From a virus (Duplodnaviria > Heunggongvirae > Uroviricota > Caudoviricetes): a stretch of DNA of 14,025 bases. A model generated the notes under the pieces. It was not told the DNA's origin. It made no database searches and saw nothing but the letters and a program-made list of their open reading frames with translations. The translations under genes and the position numbers were made by a program. This document shows, piece after piece, positions 7,326-14,025 of the stretch (position 1 is the stretch's first letter; each line of letters begins with the position of its first letter). The stretch lies in the IMG/VR virus record IMGVR_UViG_2600255005_000005; one strand, given 5' to 3'.

Positions 7326-8783
7326 TTAGGAGCGCCAAAAAAAACCTGAAAACAATATAATAACAGGATAAATTTCAAGGCGACCAAGAATCATAGCTAT
7401 GCACATTAAATATTTTGCAATGTCATTAAGCACTCCGAATGACGATGCAGTAGCCCCAAAACCTAATCCCATATTATTAATACATGCAGCCACTGTTGCA
7501 AATGATGTAAGAAAATCATATCCCATACCATTTAACACCAGTATAAAAAACACCGTGAAGAGAGTATAAAGAAAAAAGAAACTCCATACAGACCTCATTA
7601 CACGATCTGTAACTATCTTCCCTCCTACATTTACACTCAACAACGCTCTGGGATGAGAAAGCTGATTTATCTCGTGTTTGCTTTGTTTGAAAAGTATAAG
7701 AAATCGAAGTGACTTAATTCCACCACAAGTTGAACCTATACATCCCCCAAAGAAACTTGACAACAGCAAAAACACTATCGTGTGCGTGGGCCAGCTTGCA
7801 TAATCCTGCGTAGCTAAACCATTATCAGTGAGCATGGAGCTGGCAAGAAAAAACGAATGAATAAAACTTCCATGCAAGTCATACATACCTATATGCCAGA
7901 CCTGGAAAGAGGTAACAATGATCACCCCTAAGGCTATTAACAGAAAGAAACGAAGTTCAATATCTCTGATTAAAGGTTTTATCGTTTTCCTGCTAATAAC
8001 AATATACCAAAGAGTGAAGTTGAAAGCCGATAGCAGGGAAAAAGAACCAGCCACCAGCTCAACCAAATAGTTATTAAAATATCCGATACTCTCGCTATGA
8101 GTTGAGAAACCACCAAGCGAAACTGTGGAAATCCCGTGACAAATAGCATCAAACAAAGGCATTCCTGCAAGTCTATAACAGACAATACAAGCAATACCTA
8201 ATAAAGAATAAGTTATCCACAGTGTCCGTGACGTATCGGCCAGGCGGGGAGTGAGTTTGTCATCCTTAAATGGCCCCGGCATTTCTGACTGATAAAGCTT
8301 TGCACCACCAATACCCAATAATGGCAATACAGCAACCGCCAGAACAATAACTCCTAAACCACCTATAAAATTTAACTGTGACCGATAGTACAAATATGCC
8401 CGAGGTAATGAACTAACATCATCAATTACAGTTGCTCCTGTTGTTGTTATTCCAGAAACCCCTTCAAACAGAGCATCAATGAACGTTAAATTAAGTTCTG
8501 AGTCAATCCATAAAGGGAATGCACTAATAACAGAAAACAAAATCCAAAACATTACAATTATAATAAACCCATCACGGGTACGTAATTGAATGCCAGATTT
8601 CTTAGTTGTATACCACGCTCCGCCACCAATGCAAAAAAATATAACGAAAGTTATAAAGAAAACGAATAGGCTTTTTTCTTTATAAAACAATGCTACAACC
8701 ATTGGTGGCAACATTGAAAGACTATAGAGCCAAACCAGGAACCCACACATATGAGTAACAACTCTTACATGAGATGTATTCAT
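7326..8783 (-). CDS. trkG: TrkG-type potassium uptake protein (Trk/Ktr/HKT family membrane transporter), prophage moron
   Basis: Multi-pass membrane protein whose sequence matches what I recall of E. coli Rac-prophage TrkG (MNTSHVRVVTHMCGFLVWLYSLSMLPP...), with repeated pore-loop glycine motifs. Strongly AT-rich relative to its flanks. First ATG at 8783; an in-frame TTG at 8801 has AAGGTGG 6 nt upstream and is an alternative start. Confidence 0.9.
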   Translation of the reverse strand: MNTSHVRVVTHMCGFLVWLYSLSMLPPMVVALFYKEKSLFVFFITFVIFFCIGGGAWYTTKKSGIQLRTRDGFIIIVMFWILFSVISAFPLWIDSELNLTFIDALFEGVSGITTTGATVIDDVSSLPRAYLYYRSQLNFIGGLGVIVLAVAVLPLLGIGGAKLYQSEMPGPFKDDKLTPRLADTSRTLWITYSLLGIACIVCYRLAGMPLFDAICHGISTVSLGGFSTHSESIGYFNNYLVELVAGSFSLLSAFNFTLWYIVISRKTIKPLIRDIELRFFLLIALGVIIVTSFQVWHIGMYDLHGSFIHSFFLASSMLTDNGLATQDYASWPTHTIVFLLLSSFFGGCIGSTCGGIKSLRFLILFKQSKHEINQLSHPRALLSVNVGGKIVTDRVMRSVWSFFFLYTLFTVFFILVLNGMGYDFLTSFATVAACINNMGLGFGATASSFGVLNDIAKYLMCIAMILGRLEIYPVIILFSGFFWRS

Positions 8784-8920
8784 ATCTAAATATTCTTTCA
8801 ATTATAACCACCTTGCTGCAATATTATGATTATACTGTATAAAATTTAACTCCTCTTAGATCTTACTTCACTGTTCCTTATGAAACAATCATCAAAATGA
8901 ATCATATTGTAGTTAAGATT

Positions 8921-9385
8921 TTACTTTAAACACTGTTCGGTTATGTATTGCTGAGCACCTTCAAGTTGGGCCTGCATCATTACCAGTCGTTCCCGGAGGG
9001 TGAAATAATCCCGTTCAGCGGTGTCTGCCAGTCGGGGGGAGGCTGCATTATCCACGCCGGAGGCGGTGGTGGCTTCACGCACTGACTGACAGACTGCTTT
9101 GATGTGCAACCGACGACGACCAGCGGCAACATCATCACGCAGAGCATCATTTTCAGCTTTCGCATCAGCTAACTCCTTCGTGTATTTTGCATCGAGCGCA
9201 GCAACATCACGCTGACGCATCTGCATGTCAGTAATTGCCGCGTTCGCCAGCTTCAGTTCTCTGGCATTTTTGTCGCGCTGCTCTTTGTAGGCGGTGGCGT
9301 TATCACGGTAATGATTAACAGCCCATGACAGGCAGACGATGATGCAGATAACCAGAGCATAAATAATCGCGGCGACTCTGCTCAC
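8921..9385 (-). CDS. Rz-type i-spanin (lambda Rz-like)
   Basis: Near-identical over most of its length to lambda Rz as I recall it ([21 protein letters not shown]...[33 protein letters not shown]...). GTG start at 9385 overlaps the lysozyme TGA stop (GTGA); the longest ORF begins at a TTG at 9400. Confidence 0.85.
   Translation of the reverse strand: MSRVAAIIYALVICIIVCLSWAVNHYRDNATAYKEQRDKNARELKLANAAITDMQMRQRDVAALDAKYTKELADAKAENDALRDDVAAGRRRLHIKAVCQSVREATTASGVDNAASPRLADTAERDYFTLRERLVMMQAQLEGAQQYITEQCLK
8980..9165 (-). CDS. Rz1-type o-spanin lipoprotein, embedded in the +1 frame of Rz
   Basis: Signal peptide plus lipobox (LPLVVVGC) and a proline-rich mature part ([24 protein letters not shown]), matching lambda Rz1. 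Lies entirely within Rz. Confidence 0.85.
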   Translation of the reverse strand: MRKLKMMLCVMMLPLVVVGCTSKQSVSQCVKPPPPPAWIMQPPPDWQTPLNGIISPSGNDW

Positions 9386-9921
9386 TGATCTATCCCCCAA
9401 CAGGCTAATGCGCTTTCCTGGTCACGACGAATAACCTGTCCATAGCAGTTATTTGAACGTATGCGGCAATCGCGCCCACCATCTTTTATCCACCAGCGAA
9501 TCGCCTCGCATGCACCCTTACGATCACCGGCATTCAGCCGCTTATAAAACGTCGACGGGAAACACTTACCGGGGCCAATGTTATAGGGACAAAATGACGC
9601 TATACCCGCTTTCTGTGGTTCGGTCAGTGGTACTTTAATATTGCGCTCCACCCATGCCAGCGCCTTATCACGTTCAATAGCGTTAACCTGGTCGCATTTT
9701 TCCTTCGACAGCCTCATTCCCGGTATGACGGGCTTACCATCCACCATTGTGGCACCACGACAGATGGTCCATATACCGGAACCATCGCGGTATGCCGTTG
9801 TGTGGTTACCTTCTTTTTCATCCAGAAACTGGTCGAGAATATCAGGCGCAGGCGCAGGCGCACCGACGGCAATCAGTGCCAGAACGGCAGCCGACAGGCC
9901 GTATCTGATTTTTGCGTTCAT
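9382..9921 (-). CDS. phage lysozyme (GH24-like), probably SAR-type endolysin, resembling Qin RrrQ/YdfQ
   Basis: Catalytic E-x8-D-x5-T arrangement ([18 protein letters not shown]). N-terminal weakly hydrophobic Ala/Gly-rich segment ([20 protein letters not shown]) fits a signal-arrest-release domain. Partnered with an S21-type pinholin. Confidence 0.85.
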   Translation of the reverse strand: MNAKIRYGLSAAVLALIAVGAPAPAPDILDQFLDEKEGNHTTAYRDGSGIWTICRGATMVDGKPVIPGMRLSKEKCDQVNAIERDKALAWVERNIKVPLTEPQKAGIASFCPYNIGPGKCFPSTFYKRLNAGDRKGACEAIRWWIKDGGRDCRIRSNNCYGQVIRRDQESALACWGIDQ

Positions 9922-9981
9922 GGATATTTATCAGGATTTATCGGTTTCTGAACCCTGGATATGTTTATCTGTCCCGGCCTG

Positions 9982-10012
9982 TTGAATCAGGCAAGGAATA
10001 GTTAAATACAAT
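9982..10012 (+). promoter_or_regulatory. candidate sigma70 promoter for the plus-strand 90-aa gene
   Basis: TTGAAT (9982-9987) and TACAAT (10007-10012) with a long 19-bp spacer, followed by SD AGAGAGGA and the ATG at 10027. Confidence 0.25.
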
Positions 10013-10026
10013 AGAGAGGATTGTTT

Positions 10027-10299
10027 ATGGACAATAGCACCATTTCTCTACAGGAGTTGCTCGACTGCATTTCCAAGCTTCGGGATGATGTAAATGCCCT
10101 TACTGTCGCATTTTCATATCTGGCATTCTCAATTCCCAAGGAACAAATGCAACCAACACTGGCATCGCTCCAGCTTGAATCACTCAACCCCAAATGGTCC
10201 CAGCAACAACAAAATTCTTTCAAGTGGCTGGCGGTATTACTGGAAGAAAAATATGCTGGTGAAATTACCATTTCGGCGGAGTCTTCAGTGAACCAGTAA
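10027..10299 (+). CDS. hypothetical protein (90 aa), antisense-oriented gene inserted inside the lysis cassette
   Basis: ATG at 10027 with SD AGAGAGGA 7 nt upstream; helical E/K/L-rich composition. Its 3' end overlaps the 3' end of the convergent 114-aa gene by 35 nt. The ORF track's 10021 start is a TTG. Confidence 0.5.
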   Translation: MDNSTISLQELLDCISKLRDDVNALTVAFSYLAFSIPKEQMQPTLASLQLESLNPKWSQQQQNSFKWLAVLLEEKYAGEITISAESSVNQ

Positions 10300-10609
10300 T
10301 TCTTCCCGGCAGTTTTCCTTTGTAGGTTATCCACACACCCTGCGCCTCTAAAATTATGGGGCGCTTTTCCGGTGACTGCTCATCCCCTTCACATAACCCT
10401 GCAGCAACATCCAGGAAGACCTGTCTGATGCTCCTTCTGGCTGCTGCCTCATAAAACTCCAGCGCGGCACCTTCAACACGGTCCAGCGAGATGTCCAGGT
10501 CTAAAATTTCACCGTCAAAGCGTTTTTTGTCCCGTAACGCTAAAGTTACCGTAACTTTATTCTCAAAATTGCGGATCCCTTTCACAATCAGTTCATAGTT
10601 TTGAGTCAT
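10265..10609 (-). CDS. hypothetical lysis-cassette protein (114 aa), in the position of Qin ydfR between holin and lysozyme
   Basis: ATG at 10609 lies 4 nt after the holin stop, with GGGGAGAG upstream, so it is translationally coupled to the holin. Soluble, charged protein. Confidence 0.6.
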   Translation of the reverse strand: MTQNYELIVKGIRNFENKVTVTLALRDKKRFDGEILDLDISLDRVEGAALEFYEAAARRSIRQVFLDVAAGLCEGDEQSPEKRPIILEAQGVWITYKGKLPGRITGSLKTPPKW

Positions 10610-10613
10610 TGAA

Positions 10614-10829
10614 TTACTCTCCCCGTGCAGCCTTACGCTTATCTTCTTTAATCTTGAAATAAAGATTTGTCAGATACGTCAACAGGCCAAACACCAGACT
10701 ACCCAGCACACCTATTGCTGCCCACTGTGAGGGCGTGACTCTATCGAGCAACTGTAAAAACCAGTAGCCAGCACTGCCTGCGGAGGTGCCATAGGCGACA
10801 CCTGTTGTTAACTTATCCATGGATTTCAT
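10614..10829 (-). CDS. class II holin (phage 21 S / EssQ-EssD type pinholin) with dual-start motif
   Basis: [71 protein letters not shown] closely matches S21 as I recall it: two TM segments, a Met1-Lys-Ser-Met4 dual start and a charged C-terminus. The upstream in-frame extension to 10922 is rejected. Confidence 0.85.
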   Translation of the reverse strand: MKSMDKLTTGVAYGTSAGSAGYWFLQLLDRVTPSQWAAIGVLGSLVFGLLTYLTNLYFKIKEDKRKAARGE

Positions 10830-11168
10830 AACCCCCACCTCGCAGATGCGGGCGCTGTGTAATGGAAACAAAAAATGGCCACCAGCGGCCCGTAAAAAAC
10901 ACCCCGTCAAAAGCACCGGCATCCGCAGATGCCCTTTGCGTGGCGTTATTTGATGCGCGCCAGGTGTGGCGCAAAGAAATGAAATAAGACTTATCGAAAA
11001 TTAAGGTTAATTTGATGATTTAAACCACTTCTGAAGCTTAGTAGTATGAACATGTCCCCAGAAGGGGCCAATACTTATTATTCTTCATGGACTTTGTCCC
11101 GCGGTCTTAATCCGACGACCGCGCTACTTTTCACCCTCTCGCAAATTGCTATCTAAAGGACGTTGTCC

Positions 11169-11201
11169 CACGAGTATTCCTGTATGCTCGTGTCTTTTTT
11201 T
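11169..11201 (+). terminator. candidate plus-strand intrinsic terminator
   Basis: CACGAG...CTCGTG stem with a long 12-nt loop, followed by TCTTTTTTTTG. Confidence 0.3.
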
Positions 11202-11212
11202 GTCCTGAGAAA

Positions 11213-11243
11213 GGAATAAAAAAAACCGCCAGATATGGCGGTT
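11213..11243 (-). terminator. strong minus-strand intrinsic terminator
   Basis: On the minus strand AACCGCCA-UAUC-UGGCGGUU (8-bp stem, 4-nt loop) followed by UUUUUUUUAUU. Confidence 0.55.
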
Positions 11244-11605
11244 GGTCAATGCAAGGGATGAATTTTTTAATTGTTATTAAACCGAGGCGTCGGGTGCCTC
11301 CCGAAGTATTCCGTGCTGCATGGATACTGTGGTTTCCCGCTAAACCGACTCTTTAAACCACCCTCGCACTGAGGAGCGCCTCTGTGGTGCTTTTACAACA
11401 CCAAAATGATGCATCACCGACCCTGCCAGGAAATACAAAATCTCCACCGATAATGCACCATTCTGCTGCCGTAAAAAATTAGCACTGAGGCTACACCCGG
11501 CCTCAAATCATAGCCAGAGAACAGAATGCTTTTTCAAAACAACCTGCTCCCACGTAATAAAAAAATACGCCAGTGCCGTAATACAATAAGGCTTGTTTTA
11601 AATGC

Positions 11606-11680
<75 letters not shown>

Positions 11681-11683
11681 ATA

Positions 11684-11759
<76 letters not shown>

Positions 11760-11777
11760 ATTGGTTCTTCAGGGGAG

Positions 11778-11803
11778 CGATATCACCGAGCGATATCACC
11801 GAG
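11778..11803. repeat. perfect tandem direct repeat, 2 x 13 bp (CGATATCACCGAG)
   Basis: Read directly; lies 18 nt upstream (transcript sense) of the tRNA-Thr 5' end. Confidence 0.6.
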
Positions 11804-12004
11804 CAAAGAAGAGTTCCCCCTCAGAACCGTTTTCGATGATACGATTTAATATTCCAATCGCAACAACACTTTGCGTCAAGCTATGTAAATTTATTTATGT
11901 ATTTTTATTTTATGTGAACATTTCACCTTCACTTAAAATATACGCGACAATATATAAACAAATTTATTTTGAAGGCAATATTAAATGTCGTTTCTTATAT
12001 CACA

Positions 12005-12040
12005 CCATAATAACAACAAAACCCGCTTGATGGCGGGTTC
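12005..12040 (-). terminator. candidate tR'-like intrinsic terminator downstream of the Q-like gene
   Basis: On the minus strand AACCCGC-CAUCAA-GCGGGUU followed by UUGUUGUUAUUAU, about 85-120 nt downstream of the Q-like stop. Confidence 0.45.
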
Positions 12041-12091
12041 TATTAAAGTTTAATTGCGCTTGATTCGCCTCGCGATACAGCTTTGCGAAGC

Positions 12092-12128
12092 GTAGCAAAA
12101 TTGAAGCAGTTTACGCGTAAAAAATCAA
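12092..12128 (-). promoter_or_regulatory. candidate late promoter (PR'-like) at the 3' end of the Q-like gene
   Basis: On the minus strand TTGATT, a 17-nt spacer, then TTCAAT. Weak hexamers; the call leans on the position between Q and the terminator. Confidence 0.2.
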
Positions 12129-12667
12129 GCCGTTTTTTGAGCGAATGATTCTCGCATGGGAATGTATAGCGCATACTCAGCAACGGCCAACCAATTAGCA
12201 ATTCGCTTTTCGCATGTGCTAAAACACCACTCTGGGTGTGCATCATTTAGCAATTCAGCCATTTTGCGTTTGGTCATCCCCCGCCCCTCATACCGTTGCC
12301 GAAGGACGCTAATCAATCCTGGATGCTCTGCCAGCACCTCACTTATGACCCGATCAATACATAACGCCTCTGCATCAGTACAATGCGCCAGCCAGCTCTT
12401 TTGCTTGCCGTTGATCATCTCTCTCAAAAACGCTTCCAGCTCAGCTTTCTCTATTCCCGCTTTTTTCATTCTGCGCAGGGCTTCATTGATGGCTGTTTTC
12501 GTCAATTTTTTGGATGCCAACAACTGATTGAACATATTTCCTGACCTGCCACCGCCAATATACGACCAGCGCCCCCACATACGCAGTTTGCCCTGAATCC
12601 AGACACTTTCCAGCGTGGCGAGACGAAGGTGTTCTCCGCTTTTTCCTGTATTCGTTGGGTAAATCAC
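12125..12667 (-). CDS. putative late antiterminator Q-like protein
   Basis: Last gene of the nin-like cluster, immediately upstream of the terminator/tRNA/lysis region. GTG start at 12667 overlaps the upstream TGA (GTGA) and has AAGGAGGG 7 nt upstream. Contains an N-terminal W-G-x-W motif and Cys residues. The longest ORF to 12787 would overlap the upstream gene by 124 nt. Confidence 0.5.
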   Translation of the reverse strand: MIYPTNTGKSGEHLRLATLESVWIQGKLRMWGRWSYIGGGRSGNMFNQLLASKKLTKTAINEALRRMKKAGIEKAELEAFLREMINGKQKSWLAHCTDAEALCIDRVISEVLAEHPGLISVLRQRYEGRGMTKRKMAELLNDAHPEWCFSTCEKRIANWLAVAEYALYIPMRESFAQKTA

Positions 12668-12954
12668 AAATATCCCTCCTTTCTCCAGATTTCTTGTGTG
12701 CGAAAAACACCTTCTGCATGCATCAGGCGTAATTCTTCTTTGGTGTAATCGCTGGTTTTTACCCGCCCGTCGATTAGATCGTGGCATGAGCTACAGGCAA
12801 TCGCCGCCTGCATATCGTGTGGTTTTGTCGCTATTCCGCACGTTCCCGCCAGTCGGTAATGCGCCAGCACAGACGTTTCCGGATCGTGATTGCAGTAGCC
12901 AGGAATTCTGACGGTGCACATCTGCCCCCGCGCCGCTTTACGTAAATCCACCAT
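12664..12954 (-). CDS. DUF1364-family protein (YbcO-like putative nuclease of lambdoid nin regions)
   Basis: 96 aa, MVDLRKAARGQMCTVRIPGYCNHDPETSVLAHYR...IACSSCHDLIDGR, with the conserved Cys pattern I recall for DLP12 YbcO. Its ATG overlaps the upstream stop (TAATG). Confidence 0.7.
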   Translation of the reverse strand: MVDLRKAARGQMCTVRIPGYCNHDPETSVLAHYRLAGTCGIATKPHDMQAAIACSSCHDLIDGRVKTSDYTKEELRLMHAEGVFRTQEIWRKEGYL

Positions 12955-13553
12955 TACGCAAACTCCAGCAGCTGCGCGGCCACATTTTCGACTTGTTCCG
13001 GAGAGGAAAATTTACGGAACAGAATCCAGTTCCACAGCACATTCAGAACAGATTTATAAACCTGCTGAAACTCGGTTTCGTCCATATTCGCAAAAGCGAT
13101 GGATTTCGCCCGACGCCCATGGCTACCGTCCGGATAAAAATGTTCGGTGTAAAATCCAGCCTGAATGGTTACCCACTCGCGAAAAGCCTCAAACGACTTT
13201 AGCAATGCCGTATCCCGAGTTCTGCGTGTCGCAACTGTATTCAGATATTGCTCTGCGGCATCACTCAGGGCTGGCGTGTGTTCCCGACCAACTGATTCGC
13301 ACAGGTAATCAACGAAACCAGACAGCAGTTCTCGTTCGCGAGGCGTGATCGCCCCACCGACCGGAGTCCAGTAATCGAATCCCAGTTGCAGGAGTTTGAA
13401 AAAACGCTTGTGGAATGCGTAGTTACGCACACGCTTAAAGTCTGCGTGTATCCACTCACCTATTTTGATTTGATGCAGAAAATCGCAACTCTCCGGCGTC
13501 GCCGGGAGAAGTAAACCAGAAGAGGTTTGTTTGACCAGTTGTATATGCGCCAT
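12954..13553 (-). CDS. lambdoid nin-region protein of unknown function (possibly DUF1367-like)
   Basis: 199-aa ORF with ATG at 13553, translationally coupled to the downstream DUF1364 gene. Family assignment is from memory of the sequence style (KRVRNYAFHKRFFKLLQLGF...) and is tentative. Confidence 0.6.
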   Translation of the reverse strand: MAHIQLVKQTSSGLLLPATPESCDFLHQIKIGEWIHADFKRVRNYAFHKRFFKLLQLGFDYWTPVGGAITPRERELLSGFVDYLCESVGREHTPALSDAAEQYLNTVATRRTRDTALLKSFEAFREWVTIQAGFYTEHFYPDGSHGRRAKSIAFANMDETEFQQVYKSVLNVLWNWILFRKFSSPEQVENVAAQLLEFA

Positions 13554-13828
13554 TTCTCAATCTCTCGATGGCGCAGTGCAGCAGATGCCAGTTGTTCAGG
13601 CTGACGTATAAAGTATAAATAAACTGGTTCCAGTGTAAAGCCCCCACATTGATGGAATAAAAATCAAACAATAGATTGCTGGGATAAAAATACAACGCTT
13701 ATTATTAAAAGCGGTTAGACAAATTAAATTTTAATGTTATGCAAATCTGCCAGATTAGCATAATATCTCATTTGAAAACCGCTGAAATAACAATCTTATC
13801 AGGATTAATCATATTAAGGTGAGTAAAT

Positions 13829-13915
13829 ATGGAAAACAACAAATCTGCACATTACGCTCCTTTTTTATCTATAATACTTTTTGTATTTTGTTGTGTATGG
13901 GCGGTATTTTTATAA
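13829..13915 (+). CDS. candidate small hydrophobic peptide (28 aa, MENNKSAHYAPFLSIILFVFCCVWAVFL)
   Basis: SD AGGTGA 5 nt upstream of the ATG. Polar N-terminus followed by one hydrophobic helix-length segment. TAA stop lies 15 nt before a perfect 14-bp inverted repeat. Below the ORF track's length cutoff. Confidence 0.3.
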   Translation: MENNKSAHYAPFLSIILFVFCCVWAVFL

Positions 13916-13930
13916 AACACACCCACAAAT

Positions 13931-13960
13931 AAATCAAACCCGCTACAGCGGGTTTGATTT
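13931..13960. terminator. perfect 14-bp inverted repeat (AAATCAAACCCGCT / AGCGGGTTTGATTT), candidate bidirectional terminator
   Basis: Read directly; the arms are separated by 2 nt and the flanks are AT-rich. Confidence 0.5.
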
Positions 13961-14025
13961 ATATAGTTGTTATACGGAAACTGGCACACGAGCAGGCAAT
14001 GGATAGTGAGCCCAGTTATTAGCAT

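Noticed and set aside
5359-7387. ORFs 5359..5586(+), 6035..6328(-), 6424..6852(+), 6812..7018(+) and 7106..7387(-)
   Set aside because: Overlap the ParB-like and GT-like genes or the trkG/ParB intergenic region, with odd composition. 7106..7387 spans a terminator hairpin and the ParB start.
7979-8194. 71-aa ORF in an alternative frame inside trkG
   Set aside because: Embedded within a well-supported membrane transporter gene.
9845-9862. Tandem GGCGCA x3
   Set aside because: A codon-level repeat encoding the Ala-Pro run in the lysozyme N-terminal region, not a CRISPR or regulatory repeat.
9453-9985. Plus-strand ORFs 9453..9638 and 9641..9985 antisense to the lysozyme
   Set aside because: Antisense to a gene with a clear catalytic motif; no start signals.
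10002-10334. Minus-strand 110-aa ORF, and plus-strand 10094..10291, overlapping the 90-aa plus-strand gene
   Set aside because: Ser/Cys-rich, atypical composition with no SD, and it would overlap the 3' end of the coupled 114-aa gene. The plus-strand frame has better signals, though which strand is truly coding remains unproven.
10830-10922. In-frame upstream extension of the holin ORF ([10 protein letters not shown]...)
   Set aside because: The holin family start is the MKSM dual-start motif at 10829 and 10820; the extension adds an unrelated N-terminus.
11761-11840. Possible third tRNA or tRNA remnant upstream of tRNA-Thr
   Set aside because: No acceptor stem or T-loop (TTCGA) could be folded; the region is explained by the tandem repeat and flanking inverted G/C motifs.
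11761-12030. 89-aa plus-strand ORF in the AT-rich region between Q and the tRNAs
   Set aside because: Low-complexity AT-rich translation spanning the candidate promoter, leader and terminator; no SD.
12668-12787. Longest-ORF start of the Q-like gene at 12787
   Set aside because: It would overlap the DUF1364 gene by 124 nt, whereas the GTG at 12667 has an AAGGAGGG SD and the GTGA stop/start overlap.
12043-13695. ORFs 12043..12246(-), 12156..12527(+), 12483..12719(-), 12696..12911(+), 12914..13348(+), 12993..13202(+), 13265..13459(-) and 13456..13695(-)
   Set aside because: Overlap the three coupled nin/Q genes in other frames or on the opposite strand, or lie in AT-rich intergenic DNA (13456..13695); no independent support.

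Overview
This window is mostly the late region of a lambdoid (Rac/Qin-like) prophage from an E. coli-like enterobacterial genome, transcribed right-to-left on the minus strand, and it ends abruptly against a truncated Rhs gene on the plus strand. Reading in phage direction (high to low coordinates): an AT-rich leader with a possible small hydrophobic ORF; three translationally coupled nin-region genes (199-aa protein, YbcO-like DUF1364 protein, Q-like antiterminator); a short terminated leader; two phage tRNAs (Thr-UGU, Gly-UCC); a ~680-bp ORF-free region with convergent terminators; a mosaic lysis cassette (S21-type pinholin, a 114-aa coupled gene, an antisense 90-aa gene, SAR-type lysozyme, lambda-type Rz/Rz1); the AT-rich trkG potassium-transporter moron; a ParB-like nuclease gene coupled to a glycosyltransferase-like gene; then terS, terL and a putative portal. 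About 1440 the phage sequence gives way to an Rhs N-terminal fragment (1..1479), so head and tail genes are missing and the prophage is a remnant. The strongest candidates for something undescribed are the ParB-like/GT-A-like pair and the antisense gene inside the lysis cassette. All calls rest on reading the sequence and on remembered family motifs; no database search was run.
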